Notes: generated by a model from the sequence alone, not told the origin. Counted from the stretch's first letter, positions 19,655 to 30,520 are shown. The stretch: 64,000 nt of DNA from Bacillota bacterium (GCA_023665365.1 JAMPEA010000003.1:26321-90320); one strand, 5' to 3'. Translations and numbers: made by a program.

Positions 19655-21031
19655 ATGGAGGCTCATCCTGTGAACAAAAAGAAATCAATCGTCGTCCTAA
19701 CCGTCATAGGCATCTTCGTCATCTTGATGGCGGTGTTTGCGGTCGTATCATTCCCGATAGGCGATACGGTCTATGACTACACGGGCTACGCCAAGACAAT
19801 CAAGCTCGGTCTCGATATGTCGGGCGGCGTATCCGCAGTGTTTGAAGTGCTTCCCGATGAATATGGCGATTTGGACTCGCGTGTAGACGGCACAATCAGT
19901 TCTCTTCAAAGTCTGCTTGTGTCAAAAGGCTATACTGAGTCAACTGTAACAAAAGGTACAAACAGCAACGGCAATACGACAATCCGCGTAGAAGTCCCCG
20001 ACGTCGAGAAGCCCGAAAAAGTTTTGAGCCTCATCGGACGTCCCGCTTCGCTCGAATTCAAGGGCGAAAATTCCGCCACGGCGGAAAATCTTATCGTCGG
20101 ACGCGACCACCTCGAAACTGCGTACGTCACCCTCGACGACAACAACAACTACGCTGTCGGGTTGAAATTCAACTCGGCTGGCGCGGATAAGTTTTCGCAG
20201 GTCACGAGCGACTATCTCAATAAGTCAATTTATATCTTTATCGACGGCGAGCTTTATACGAACGTCAACGTCAATTCGCAGATTACAAACGGCAACGCAA
20301 TCATCACAAGCGGCTCAACGGGTTATACCTATCAAGAAGCGCTCGACTTTGCAACGCGTCTGCAATCAGGTACGTTCGGCGTTAGCCTCAAACAGACCGA
20401 GGTCAGAAATATCTCGGCTACGCTCGGCGAAAACTCCATAAATATCGCGCTCATCGCCGGTATCGTAGGCGTTGCGCTTATCTTTATCTTCCTTGCAATC
20501 GTCTATCGCGGGCTCGGCATTGCCGCCGACCTCGCGCTTTGCGTGTATATCGTTCTGTTGCTTTGGTTCTGCGCAATGCTCCCGTGGGTACAGCTTACGC
20601 TCCCGGGCATCGCGGGTCTGTTGCTTTCAATAGGTATGGCTGTTGACGCAAACGTCATCATATTCGAGAGGATAAAGGACGAGTACAGGCGCACCAACAA
20701 GCCCATTCAAACCGCAATCAAGGACGGCTTCAAGCGTTCGACCGCGGCTATCATCGACGGCAACGTCACGACCCTTATCGGCGCAATCGTGCTGTGGATT
20801 TTGGGCTCGGCTTCAATCGTCGGCTTCGCCGTGACACTGTTTATAGGTATTATTCTTTCAATGTTCACCTCGCTCGTTATGACGAGGCTTATCCTCAAAG
20901 CGTTTATGCCGCTCAACAGCAAGAGCGAAAAGTTCTACGGGCTTAAACGCGCCAAGATTGAGGACGACGAGTTTGAGGAGGAAGCCGAAAATGTCAAATC
21001 CTCAAACAAAACCGCAAAGGAGGGTATTTGA
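19655..21031 (+). CDS. secD: Protein translocase subunit SecD
   Basis: 458 aa with the SecD periplasmic domain and a C-terminal 6-TM bundle (GLGIAADLALCVYIVLLL..., DANVIIFERIKDE). An alternative start is GTG at 19670, preceded by GGAGG at 8-nt spacing. Confidence 0.92.
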   Translation: MEAHPVNKKKSIVVLTVIGIFVILMAVFAVVSFPIGDTVYDYTGYAKTIKLGLDMSGGVSAVFEVLPDEYGDLDSRVDGTISSLQSLLVSKGYTESTVTKGTNSNGNTTIRVEVPDVEKPEKVLSLIGRPASLEFKGENSATAENLIVGRDHLETAYVTLDDNNNYAVGLKFNSAGADKFSQVTSDYLNKSIYIFIDGELYTNVNVNSQITNGNAIITSGSTGYTYQEALDFATRLQSGTFGVSLKQTEVRNISATLGENSINIALIAGIVGVALIFIFLAIVYRGLGIAADLALCVYIVLLLWFCAMLPWVQLTLPGIAGLLLSIGMAVDANVIIFERIKDEYRRTNKPIQTAIKDGFKRSTAAIIDGNVTTLIGAIVLWILGSASIVGFAVTLFIGIILSMFTSLVMTRLILKAFMPLNSKSEKFYGLKRAKIEDDEFEEEAENVKSSNKTAKEGI

Positions 21032-21033
21032 TT

Positions 21034-22215
21034 ATGACTAAGCAAAAATTCCGCAACCTTTGCAAAAATTTCAGTGTAAACAAACATTCCAAGATATTTG
21101 CGATAGTGCCGTTTGTCATACTTCTCATTGCGCTTATCGTCATCGTGGCAATCGGCGCGCCGTCGGGCAACTTCTCGGACGCGGTCGGCATAGGTATCGA
21201 CTTCGAGGGCGGCACTATTCTCGAAGTTACGCTTGGGCAAGAGGCATTAGACAATTACGAAATTAACCGTGCAAATATCAAAAGAACGATTGAAAGCGTC
21301 ACCGACGACAACGGGCGCAGTGTAGTCGTCAGCGTCGAGCAGTTGCAAAAGGCAAGGGCGGTCGAAAAAACTTCGATTTCGTTCAGATATAAAAACGTAT
21401 CCGACGACGACAAAGAAATCACGGCGCTCAACGAAAAAATTCTCACCGCCGTCAAAGAACTTTATTCGAATAAGTACAGCGTTGATTATCAGTCAATCGG
21501 CGCGACCGCCGCGCGCGACCTGCTTTCAAAGGCGGGCATCGCTCTTGCGGTTTCGGTTGTGTTGATACTTATCTATATCATCATAAGATTTACGCTGATG
21601 AGCGGTTTTGCCGCTATCATCGCGCTTATCCACGACGTGGTTATTATGTTTGCTCTCACCGTCATTTGCAGAGTGCAGATAAACAGCTCCTACGTCGCGG
21701 CGATGATTACGATTATCGCGTACTCAATCAACAACACGATTATCATTTTCGACCGCTGCCGCGAGTCGCTCAAACCCCTTAAAGGTCAAAAGAATATCGA
21801 CTACGCGGGTATCGGCGATATGGCTGTGCGCAGTACGTTTACGCGTTCGGTGTACACCACGTTCACGACGATGATTACGGTTATATTCCTTGCCATACTC
21901 GGAAGCGACTCGATAAGAGAGTTCTGCGTGCCGATTATCCTCGGCTTGCTTGCGGGTATGTATTCCTCCGTGTGTCTCGCCACTCCGCTTTGGGCGGCGA
22001 TGAGCGCGTCCTTCGACAAGACGAGGGCGAAATACTCAAAGCGTCACGCCGTCACCTATGAAAAGGCAGATGACGAGGAAGAAATCGTGTATACAAACAA
22101 AAATACGGGTTCATCTGCTCCCGTAGCGGCAGGCGGCATTAAACCCGTGCAAAAGCAGCCGCAACGTCCGATTTACAAGTATAAAAAGAAAAATACGACG
22201 TTCAAAAAGAAATAA
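21034..22215 (+). CDS. secF: Protein translocase subunit SecF
   Basis: The ATG at 21034 is about 10 nt after AAGGAGGG, whereas the track starts at TTG 21028. The SecF TM bundle is present (HDVVIMFALTVICRVQINSSYVAAMITIIAYSINNTIIIFDR), followed by a Lys-rich C-terminal tail. Confidence 0.9.
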   Translation: MTKQKFRNLCKNFSVNKHSKIFAIVPFVILLIALIVIVAIGAPSGNFSDAVGIGIDFEGGTILEVTLGQEALDNYEINRANIKRTIESVTDDNGRSVVVSVEQLQKARAVEKTSISFRYKNVSDDDKEITALNEKILTAVKELYSNKYSVDYQSIGATAARDLLSKAGIALAVSVVLILIYIIIRFTLMSGFAAIIALIHDVVIMFALTVICRVQINSSYVAAMITIIAYSINNTIIIFDRCRESLKPLKGQKNIDYAGIGDMAVRSTFTRSVYTTFTTMITVIFLAILGSDSIREFCVPIILGLLAGMYSSVCLATPLWAAMSASFDKTRAKYSKRHAVTYEKADDEEEIVYTNKNTGSSAPVAAGGIKPVQKQPQRPIYKYKKKNTTFKKK

Positions 22216-22220
22216 GCAAA

Positions 22221-22277
22221 CGCCCTTGCCGTAAGGCGAGGGCGCAATTATATAAGTCGGCTATATAGCCGATTTTC
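22221..22277 (+). terminator. Tandem hairpins after secF
   Basis: CGCCCTTGCC-GTAA-GGCGAGGGCG is followed by the palindrome TCGGCTATATAGCCGA and then TTTT. Confidence 0.65.
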
Positions 22278-22294
22278 GTTAGGATAAGCAGGTT

Positions 22295-24607
22295 ATGGGT
22301 TACGTCGTCCGCACTCAAAATTTCGATTTGACCGACGCTCAAAAGCAGGTCGCAAAAAGTCTCGGAATATCCGAGACGTTTATGCGTTTACTGCTCGGGC
22401 GCGGCTTTGGCGCGGACGAGTTGGAAGCGTATCTCAATCCGTCCGTTGGCGATATGTCGTCCCCCTATGACTTTGAGGGAATGACCGCCGCTGTCGCTCG
22501 CGTGCGTGAGGCGATAGATAAGCGGCAGAAGATACTCGTTTACGGAGATTACGACTGCGACGGGATTTGCGCGGTTTCAATCCTTATGCTGTTTTTGAAA
22601 GATAAGGCGGACGCGTCCTATTTTATCCCCGACCGCAACTGCGACGGATACGGCGTGTCGCTATCCGCACTTGAAAGATTGATTTCCTCAAAACGTCCCG
22701 ATTTGGTTATAACCGTCGATTGCGGCATAACCGCCGTAAAAGAGGTGGAATATTTAAAATCGCAGGGCATAAACGTTATAATCACCGACCACCACGAGCC
22801 GCAGGAGCAAATCCCAAACTGTATAGTTTTGGACGCAAAGGTGCAACGGCGCGGGTTTTGCGAGTATTGCGGGGCGGGCGTCGCGCTTAAACTCATCGAG
22901 GCGCTCGCGGGCAGAGAGGAGGCTTGCAAGTATTTCGATATTGCGGCGATTGCGACGGTTGCGGACGTAGTGCCGCTCAAAGGCGACAACAGAATTATCG
23001 CATATTACGGCATTAAACAAATGCAAAAATCTCCGCGTAAAGGGATAAAGATGCTGCTCGGCGACGACTCCGTTTCGTCGCATAATATAATGTTCCGTCT
23101 TGCGCCTCGTATAAACGCCGCCGGCAGACTGAACTCGGCAATGAAAGTGGTTGATTTGTTTTTGCAAGACGATTACTTTATGCTGAAATCGCTTGCGGAG
23201 GAGCTTATCCGCGACAATCTAAGGCGGCAGGAGTTTTGCGATAACGTAGTGCGCGAAGCTAAGGAAGCCTTGCACGGCGTAGACTTTGCAAGCGTCGGAA
23301 TAATTGCGCTTTTCAATGAAAATTGGGAGGCGGGCGTGCTCGGCATTGCGGCGGCAAAACTCGTTGAAGAATTTAAACGTCCCGCCGTGCTGTTTTCAAA
23401 AAGCGGCGATACGCTAAAAGGCTCGGCGCGCAGTGTGCCGTCTATCAATATTTTTGAGCTTTTCAGCGAACTAAACGGATATTTCGTCTCGTTCGGAGGG
23501 CACGCGCAAGCGGCGGGAGTCAGCATAAAAGAGGGCGACTTCGAGGATTTCAAGAAAGAGGCAAACAGGTTGATTTTGGCTTCGCACTCGCTTGCGGAGT
23601 TCATCCCCGACACCGTATGCGAAATGCAACTGCCTCTCGATTTCGACTTTCTGTCATTCGCAAAAGAACTCGAAAGGTTAGAACCTGTCGGCTATGGCAA
23701 TCCGCGTCCTGATTTTTTGATTGAGGGCAACGGATTGAAATTTGAAAAAATAGGGTTTTCGAAGCACGTCAAATGCTCGACCCGCAACCTTGATTTGCTC
23801 GGCTTTTACGACTACGCGGACGCGCTTTACGCCAAGACGGACAGAGTAAAATTCGACGTTGCGCTCGACATAAACTGTTTTAGAAATATCCTCACCGCGC
23901 AGGGCGTTTTGAACTCGCTCGAATTTGTGGATATACGCCTAAGCGAGGACGAGGCGATTTGCCTAAATCTCCATCATCTCGACTTTGAGGGCGGCGCGTA
24001 CGTTTCAAGCGCGAGTGTCGAAACCGCGGAAAGCGACCTCGACGCCTCGCCGTTCGGCACGGTCATAGTATGTTTTTCAAAAGAGGATTATTTGAGAGTG
24101 CGCGTGGCGAGCGATAAAATAGATAAGTTGCCCGTATTTATAGGAAACGCACCCGAGCTTAACCCTCGCAACTGCGTCATTGTGTGTCCTTGCGCCGAAT
24201 TTGACTTTTCCTATTACAGTACAGTCGTTTTTGCGGGCGCGCCGCTTTGCGAGGGATACATCGGATACGTGGCGGAAAAAGCCCCGAGATGCGTATCGCT
24301 TTTCGACTGTCGCTGTAAGCAGATTGAAGCGAGCGACTCGGAACTCCGCGAAATATATAAGGCTATCGTGACCGTCGCAAGCGGCAGGATAAAGGCAAGC
24401 AATATGCATGCGCTATATCTGCAAGCGAACGAGAGATACAAGACGACCGAAAGTAAGTTTTTGCTTGCCATGAAGATATTTTCCCAGCTCGGACTGGTCG
24501 AACTCGGCGAGCGAGGGACGCTCAATATATCGCGTAAATCCGTACAACTTGAAAACTCTGTCGCGTATAGGAATATTTTGCATAGCAAAAATCTATTGAG
24601 AAATTGA
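22295..24607 (+). CDS. recJ: Single-stranded-DNA-specific exonuclease RecJ
   Basis: 770 aa with DHH motifs (VYGDYDCDGICA, ITVDCGI, IITDHH) and the DHHA1 motif (FGGHAQAAG). Confidence 0.92.
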   Translation: MGYVVRTQNFDLTDAQKQVAKSLGISETFMRLLLGRGFGADELEAYLNPSVGDMSSPYDFEGMTAAVARVREAIDKRQKILVYGDYDCDGICAVSILMLFLKDKADASYFIPDRNCDGYGVSLSALERLISSKRPDLVITVDCGITAVKEVEYLKSQGINVIITDHHEPQEQIPNCIVLDAKVQRRGFCEYCGAGVALKLIEALAGREEACKYFDIAAIATVADVVPLKGDNRIIAYYGIKQMQKSPRKGIKMLLGDDSVSSHNIMFRLAPRINAAGRLNSAMKVVDLFLQDDYFMLKSLAEELIRDNLRRQEFCDNVVREAKEALHGVDFASVGIIALFNENWEAGVLGIAAAKLVEEFKRPAVLFSKSGDTLKGSARSVPSINIFELFSELNGYFVSFGGHAQAAGVSIKEGDFEDFKKEANRLILASHSLAEFIPDTVCEMQLPLDFDFLSFAKELERLEPVGYGNPRPDFLIEGNGLKFEKIGFSKHVKCSTRNLDLLGFYDYADALYAKTDRVKFDVALDINCFRNILTAQGVLNSLEFVDIRLSEDEAICLNLHHLDFEGGAYVSSASVETAESDLDASPFGTVIVCFSKEDYLRVRVASDKIDKLPVFIGNAPELNPRNCVIVCPCAEFDFSYYSTVVFAGAPLCEGYIGYVAEKAPRCVSLFDCRCKQIEASDSELREIYKAIVTVASGRIKASNMHALYLQANERYKTTESKFLLAMKIFSQLGLVELGERGTLNISRKSVQLENSVAYRNILHSKNLLRN

Positions 24608-24644
24608 CAATCCTTTGATAGAATATCAATAGGAAGTTTGGCTT

Positions 24645-26792
24645 ATGGAAGAACTGCTCGTAAAACTCAGAAGAATCTATCCCGATAAGTACGCCGAGAT
24701 GAAAAAGGCGCACGATTTTGCCAAGGTCGCGCACGAGGGGCAAAAAAGAAGCTCCGGCGAGGACTACTTTACTCACCCCTGCGCGGTTGTAGACATACTG
24801 TCGAACTTCGGCTTTGATAGTTCGACGGTGACAGCCGCATTTTTACACGACGTGCTCGAAGACACCGAGGTCACTCCCGAGCAGTTGAAGGAGCAATTCG
24901 GCGAGGAGATACTCGAACTCGTCGAGGGCGTGACCAAGCTCGACAAGTTGCAGTTCGTCAACCGCGAGGAGGCGCAAGCCGAGAACTTCCGCAAGATATT
25001 CGTTGCGATGGCAAAGGACCTTCGCGTCATCATCATAAAACTCGCCGACCGCTTGCACAATATGCGCTCTCTTCAATACCTGTCAAAGGACAGACAGGAC
25101 CGCATCGCAAGGGAAACGCTGGATATTTACGCTCCGCTCGCGGGACGACTGGGCATTTCGTTTTTCAAGTGCGAGCTCGAAGATTTGGCGATGAAGTATC
25201 TTCTCCCGACCGAATACAAGTACATAAGCGAATCCGTCAACGCAAAGCGCAGTGAAAGACAAAAGTTTTTGGACGCGGTTTGCGCTCAGATTGTCGAAAA
25301 GCTAAAAGAGATGGGCATAGCGGGCGAGGTCAACGGCAGACCGAAGCATTTTTATTCCGTCTATAAAAAGATGCACAACGCGCATATCGACATAGATCAG
25401 ATTTACGATTTGCTCGCGGTGCGCATAATCGTGGATTCCGTCAAGGACTGCTATACGATGCTCGGCGAGATACACACTATGTGGAAGCCGATACCGGGCA
25501 GATTTAAAGACTATATCGCAATGCCGAAAGCCAACAACTATCAGTCGTTGCATACGACGGTCGTTACGCCGTTCAACGAGACGTTTGAAATACAAATCCG
25601 CACCCACGAGATGCACCGAATAGCCGAGTACGGCATCGCGGCGCACTGGAAGTATAAAGAGGGGACGACCGGCAACGACAGCGCGCTCGATAACAAAGTG
25701 CGATGGCTGCGCGAAGTCATGGACGCTCAACAGGACATCGACGGCGCAAAGGAGTTTATGGACGCAATCAAAATCAACGTCTTTGACGACGAGGTGTTTG
25801 TGTTCACTCCAAAGGGCGACGTGCACGGCTTGCCTATCGGCTCGACCCCCGTGGACTTGGCGTATAAAATTCACTCGCAGATAGGAAATAAGTGCGTCGG
25901 CGCAAAGGTCAATAAGAAGATAGTGCCGCTGTCCACCAAACTCGCAAACGGCGACATAGTCGAAATTATAACTTCGCCGACCTCAAAAGGTCCGAGCTTC
26001 GACTGGCTCAAATTTGTGCGTTCGGCGTCTGCGCGTTCCAAAATCCGCGCGTACTTCAAAAAGGAAAAGCGCGACGAAAATATCGAACGCGGAAGGGATA
26101 TGTTGGAGCGCGAGGCAAAGCGCAGGGGATATGCGCTCGGCGACATAATGACGCACGATATGATGCAGAGGTTTTTACAGCGTCACGGGCTCGAAACCGA
26201 GGAGGACTTGTATGCCGAAGTCGGCTACGGCGGATTGACCACCAATCAAGTGCTTTCAAAGATTATCGAGACGTTTAAAAAGGAAGCGCCCGCGCCCGAG
26301 ATAGAGGATTTCGTCTCAACCCAAAAGATAGAGCAAAAGCCCGCCCGACACTCAAAGAGCGGCGTGCTTGTAAACGGCAATGCAAACTTCACGGTTCGCA
26401 TGGCGCAGTGCTGTTCGCCAATCCCCGGCGACCCGATAGTGGGATATATTTCGAGGGGCAGAGGCGTATCGGTGCATCGCGCGGATTGCCCCAATATAAA
26501 GGGAATGGAGGACGAACGCCTCATTCAAGTCAGCTGGGACAACGACGGCAACGAGTATTTCAACGCGATGCTCATCATCAAATGCGAAAACAGGGCGGGA
26601 CTGCTTGCGTCAATCACATCGTATATTGCGGGGGCGAAACTCGAAATAACTTCGGCGAGCGCAAGGGCGGACGACAAGGACAGTCGCCTTGGCGAGATAG
26701 ATATAAGCGTGAGAATAAAGCGCGTAGAACAGCTTGAAGAGCTCGTGAAGAAACTGAAAACAATCAAAGGAATAATCGAAATTCGCCGCTAA
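24645..26792 (+). CDS. relA: Bifunctional (p)ppGpp synthetase/hydrolase Rel
   Basis: 715 aa with the HD hydrolase (HPCAVVDIL...FLHDVLEDT), the synthetase domain (YSVYKKM, DLLAVRIIV, SLHTTV), and TGS and ACT-like C-terminal domains. Confidence 0.95.
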   Translation: MEELLVKLRRIYPDKYAEMKKAHDFAKVAHEGQKRSSGEDYFTHPCAVVDILSNFGFDSSTVTAAFLHDVLEDTEVTPEQLKEQFGEEILELVEGVTKLDKLQFVNREEAQAENFRKIFVAMAKDLRVIIIKLADRLHNMRSLQYLSKDRQDRIARETLDIYAPLAGRLGISFFKCELEDLAMKYLLPTEYKYISESVNAKRSERQKFLDAVCAQIVEKLKEMGIAGEVNGRPKHFYSVYKKMHNAHIDIDQIYDLLAVRIIVDSVKDCYTMLGEIHTMWKPIPGRFKDYIAMPKANNYQSLHTTVVTPFNETFEIQIRTHEMHRIAEYGIAAHWKYKEGTTGNDSALDNKVRWLREVMDAQQDIDGAKEFMDAIKINVFDDEVFVFTPKGDVHGLPIGSTPVDLAYKIHSQIGNKCVGAKVNKKIVPLSTKLANGDIVEIITSPTSKGPSFDWLKFVRSASARSKIRAYFKKEKRDENIERGRDMLEREAKRRGYALGDIMTHDMMQRFLQRHGLETEEDLYAEVGYGGLTTNQVLSKIIETFKKEAPAPEIEDFVSTQKIEQKPARHSKSGVLVNGNANFTVRMAQCCSPIPGDPIVGYISRGRGVSVHRADCPNIKGMEDERLIQVSWDNDGNEYFNAMLIIKCENRAGLLASITSYIAGAKLEITSASARADDKDSRLGEIDISVRIKRVEQLEELVKKLKTIKGIIEIRR

Positions 26793-26914
26793 ATTAGAAT
26801 AACAGTGTTCTAAAAAACGGCAAAATTTATAAAACTATTCTAAAATTCAGCGAATTTTAGAGGAAAATTGGCAAAACGTACACCTTTTTAGCTGCAAATG
26901 CGGCAGAGGGACAT

Positions 26915-27547
26915 ATGAGAGTATTTACGCTTAAAACGTCTAAGATGCAAACAAATACCTACGTCGTCGTAAACGGCGATAGGGCTTTTGCAGTGGACGC
27001 GGGCGGCGACGCCGAGGGCATAAAGAAAATACTTGACGATAACGGAGCAAGGCTTGAAGCTATACTTCTCACGCATGCGCATTTCGACCATATAGGAGGG
27101 GTAGCCGAGCTTTTGACGCTTACAAAGTCCAATGACGAAAACGCTGTGGCGGTGTTTTTGCATAGGGACGAAGCGGACAAAATTTCCTCATATAAAAACT
27201 TGGGTTTCGCGGTCGGCGTAAAGGTCGAGCCCTTTGTGCCCGACGTGTTGCTTAGAGGCGGCGAAAGCATAACGGTTGCCGGCATAAAGATAAAAGTCAT
27301 ACACACAGCGGGACACACGGCGGGCGGAGTTTGCTACGTTGCGGACGATAAAATCTTTTCTGGCGACACGCTGTTTTTGACCTCGTACGGCAGGACGGAC
27401 TTTTATGACGGGAGCTTTGCCGAAATCAAAAATTCGATTGTAAACAAGCTGTTCCGTTTAAAGGGCGATTATACCGTTCTGCCCGGTCACGGCGACCCTA
27501 CCACGCTTGACTTCGAGCGCAAAAACAATATGGTTTTATTATCCTGA
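26915..27547 (+). CDS. MBL-fold metallo-hydrolase
   Basis: 210 aa with the THAHFDHIGG motif and downstream HTAGHT and GD...HG metal ligands. Confidence 0.85.
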   Translation: MRVFTLKTSKMQTNTYVVVNGDRAFAVDAGGDAEGIKKILDDNGARLEAILLTHAHFDHIGGVAELLTLTKSNDENAVAVFLHRDEADKISSYKNLGFAVGVKVEPFVPDVLLRGGESITVAGIKIKVIHTAGHTAGGVCYVADDKIFSGDTLFLTSYGRTDFYDGSFAEIKNSIVNKLFRLKGDYTVLPGHGDPTTLDFERKNNMVLLS

Positions 27548-27607
27548 ATAATAGCGACGCTCGGCTTTGCCGCGCTAAACTTATCTAACACGTTTAAAGG
27601 ACAAAAG

Positions 27608-29020
27608 ATGATAGACTTTTCAATATCCAAGCAAGAATATCAAAACGATTTGATGGAGCTTGTCCGCCTGTTTGATGGAGCTACGGACGATAACCTTGCT
27701 TTGAGCGTGGATTACGAGACGAGCGACAATTCGTTTACGGTGCGACTGTCGTCTGATAAGTTTGACGGTTTTAAAAAGAATTTTTATTTCCCTGTTGCTT
27801 CTTACAGCGACGAGCTTATGCGTAAGCGCGTAGAAAAGCGATATTTGAAAGTCGCCGTTTATCGCACGTTGTGTTTTCTGACGGGCGCGGAATTGCCGTA
27901 CGGATGCCTTACAGGCATACGTCCCACAAAGTTGTACGTCGAGATACAAAACGACCGCGAGCACTACGGCAAGTCGGCGAGGGAAGTGTTTTTAAACGAC
28001 TACGGCGTCAGCCTCGAAAAGATAAATCTAATCGAGCGGATTGTGGACGTGCAGCGCCCGCTTCGCAACAAAAACGACAACGAGCGCGATGTGTTTGTGT
28101 TCATTCCGTTTTGCCCTACGAAGTGCGCGTACTGCTCGTTTGTAAGCCTGCCTCTCGACAAGCAGAGGAAACTCGTCGAACCTTACGTGGACTGCCTTAT
28201 ACGCGAGCTCGAACAGACTAAGGCGCTCATCAAGCGCAAGAAGTGGAAGATAAGGGCGGTGTACATAGGCGGAGGCACGCCTACGTCGATTGGCGTAGAG
28301 TTGCTCGATAAGGTGCTTGCGCATTGCCATTTCAAGGCAAAGGAATTCACCGTCGAGGCGGGCAGACCCGATACGATAGACAAAGCGACGATAGATATGC
28401 TGTTAAAGCACGGCGTAACGCGCATATCCGTCAATCCGCAGACGTTCAACGCGGCGACGCTCGAAAGGATTGGCAGAAAGCACAAGGTAGGCGACGCGGT
28501 CAACGCCTATGCGCTCGCAAAGGGCAAGCTGGATATAAATATGGATTTAATTGCGATGCTTCCCGAGGAAACTTTCGACGATTTCAAATTCAGCGTCGAT
28601 ACCGCGGTCGCGCTCGCGCCCGAGAATATCACCGTACATACGCTTTATCTCAAAAAGGGCTCGGCGTTAAAGCTCGACGGCTATGACAATACCGACTGCG
28701 CTACCGCTACGAAAATGGTGGATTATGCCTACAAAAAGCTGACGGACGCGGGCTACGTGCCATACTATATGTATCGCCAAAAATACACAAGCGGCAACCT
28801 TGAAAACGTGGGCTACGCAAAGCCTGGCAAGGAGTGCCTATACAATATCGACATAATGGAGGAGGACACCTCGATTATCGCAAACGGCGCGAATGCAATC
28901 TCCAAAAAATACGACCGAGGCGCAAACTTGATAACGCGTTGCGCCAACTATAAAGAGCCGTTAGAATACGTAAAAAACATAGATTTGATGCTCGAAAGAC
29001 AACGCGAATTTTGGAAATAG
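27608..29020 (+). CDS. hemZ: Radical SAM coproporphyrinogen dehydrogenase-like protein (HemZ type)
   Basis: 470 aa. It has an N-terminal HemZ-type extension, the radical SAM cluster motif PFCPTKCAYCSF, and the HemN-like core YIGGGTPT. Confidence 0.8.
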   Translation: MIDFSISKQEYQNDLMELVRLFDGATDDNLALSVDYETSDNSFTVRLSSDKFDGFKKNFYFPVASYSDELMRKRVEKRYLKVAVYRTLCFLTGAELPYGCLTGIRPTKLYVEIQNDREHYGKSAREVFLNDYGVSLEKINLIERIVDVQRPLRNKNDNERDVFVFIPFCPTKCAYCSFVSLPLDKQRKLVEPYVDCLIRELEQTKALIKRKKWKIRAVYIGGGTPTSIGVELLDKVLAHCHFKAKEFTVEAGRPDTIDKATIDMLLKHGVTRISVNPQTFNAATLERIGRKHKVGDAVNAYALAKGKLDINMDLIAMLPEETFDDFKFSVDTAVALAPENITVHTLYLKKGSALKLDGYDNTDCATATKMVDYAYKKLTDAGYVPYYMYRQKYTSGNLENVGYAKPGKECLYNIDIMEEDTSIIANGANAISKKYDRGANLITRCANYKEPLEYVKNIDLMLERQREFWK

Positions 29021-29130
29021 AATTTTATTTTTAATTTTTGTCATAAATCCTTGTTATTCGGTTGATAATATGTTATGCTTGTTTCGAAAAAAAGTTGCAA
29101 ATACATACAATTTCGAAATAGAGACATATT

Positions 29131-30423
29131 ATGCGAGAAATAAAAAGGGACTATTATCTTAATCAACTGATAAGTAGGCGTGAAAATGGCGCGGTCAAAA
29201 TCGTAACAGGCGTGCGTAGATGCGGTAAAAGTTATTTGCTGTTTGAGTTGTTTCGCAATTATTTATATCAAAACGGAGTTGATGAAAAACATATCATTGC
29301 TCTTTCGCTCGATGAAGAGAAGAATAGGATATACAGGAATCCCGAGAAACTTAACGCGTATATAGATTCGCAGATAGCGAGTGACAAAGAGCAGTACTAC
29401 GTTTTATTGGATGAAGTTCAGTTTGCTATCGACGACGATGAAATCAGGGGGAAGAGTGCGCCGATTAGGTTGTATGGGGTTCTCAACGGTTTGTTGAGAA
29501 AACGGAACGTTGACATATATATCACAGGGAGCAATTCGAAATTTTTATCATCGGACGTGATGACTGAGTTCCGTGGACGTGGCGATGAAGTGAGGCTTAT
29601 GCCATTGTCATTTGCGGAGTTTATGTCTGTATACGATGGGGATAAACAGGACGGCTATGACGAGTATTCGTTGTATGGCGGATTGCCTTTTGTTTTAACT
29701 AAAAAGACCGATGCCGAAAAAGCGCGCTATTTGCGCGATTTGTTTAAATCAACTTATACTCGGGATGTCGTTGAGCGTTATAAACTAAGAGGAAACAATA
29801 TTTTAGAAAACCTCGTCGATGTGTTGGCTTCCGATATCGGGACATTGACTAATCCGAACAAATTGGCAAATACATTTGTGTCAAACGGTATAAAAACAAA
29901 CGAAAGGACAATAGCATCGTATATAGAATATTTGGAGGATGCATTTATAATAACTAAGGCACAACGATACGATATAAAGGGAAAGAGATATATCGGTTCA
30001 CCGATGAAATATTATTTTTCGGATATGGGTTTACGAAATGCAAGATTAAATTTCAGACAGGTTGAGCCGACGCATTTAATGGAAAATATCATTTATAATG
30101 AACTGCTGGTGCGTGGATATAGTGTTGATGTCGGTATTGTTGAATCGTATAAAACGGACGCTAACAGTCAGAGGGTACTTGTAAGAAATGAGGTGGATTT
30201 CGTTTGTAATATGGGAAGCAAGCGATACTATATCCAATCGGCGTTTTCTATTCCCACCAAAGAAAAAATGCAACAGGAAGAGGCTTCTCTTAATAGGATT
30301 TCCGATTCTTTCAAGAAAATATTGGTTGTACAGGACAGAACAAAGCCATGGTATAACGATAACGGCTATCTTATTATCAACTTATTTGATTTTTTGCTCA
30401 ATCCAAATAGCATGGAAATATAG
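29131..30423 (+). CDS. AAA ATPase, AAA_14 + DUF4143 family
   Basis: 430 aa with Walker A GVRRCGKSYLL, Walker B YVLLDEVQ and the C-terminal module NEVDFVCNMGSKRYYIQSA. The gene is AT-rich relative to flanking hemZ and rpsO. Confidence 0.8.
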   Translation: MREIKRDYYLNQLISRRENGAVKIVTGVRRCGKSYLLFELFRNYLYQNGVDEKHIIALSLDEEKNRIYRNPEKLNAYIDSQIASDKEQYYVLLDEVQFAIDDDEIRGKSAPIRLYGVLNGLLRKRNVDIYITGSNSKFLSSDVMTEFRGRGDEVRLMPLSFAEFMSVYDGDKQDGYDEYSLYGGLPFVLTKKTDAEKARYLRDLFKSTYTRDVVERYKLRGNNILENLVDVLASDIGTLTNPNKLANTFVSNGIKTNERTIASYIEYLEDAFIITKAQRYDIKGKRYIGSPMKYYFSDMGLRNARLNFRQVEPTHLMENIIYNELLVRGYSVDVGIVESYKTDANSQRVLVRNEVDFVCNMGSKRYYIQSAFSIPTKEKMQQEEASLNRISDSFKKILVVQDRTKPWYNDNGYLIINLFDFLLNPNSMEI

Positions 30424-30520
30424 TCTGCATAAAAATTTAGTAAATAATGTATTAAACAAATGATAATTCTATCAAAATCATTTTACTTTATATTTTTATT
30501 GTGATAATATATCTATCGTA

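Noticed and set aside
26794-26860. AT-rich palindromes after relA (TTAGAA-N8-TTCTAA; CTAAAATTC-AGC-GAATTTTAG) as operators
   Set aside because: These are short AT-only stems in an AT-rich spacer. They may act as weak terminators for relA, but the evidence is insufficient for a regulatory call.
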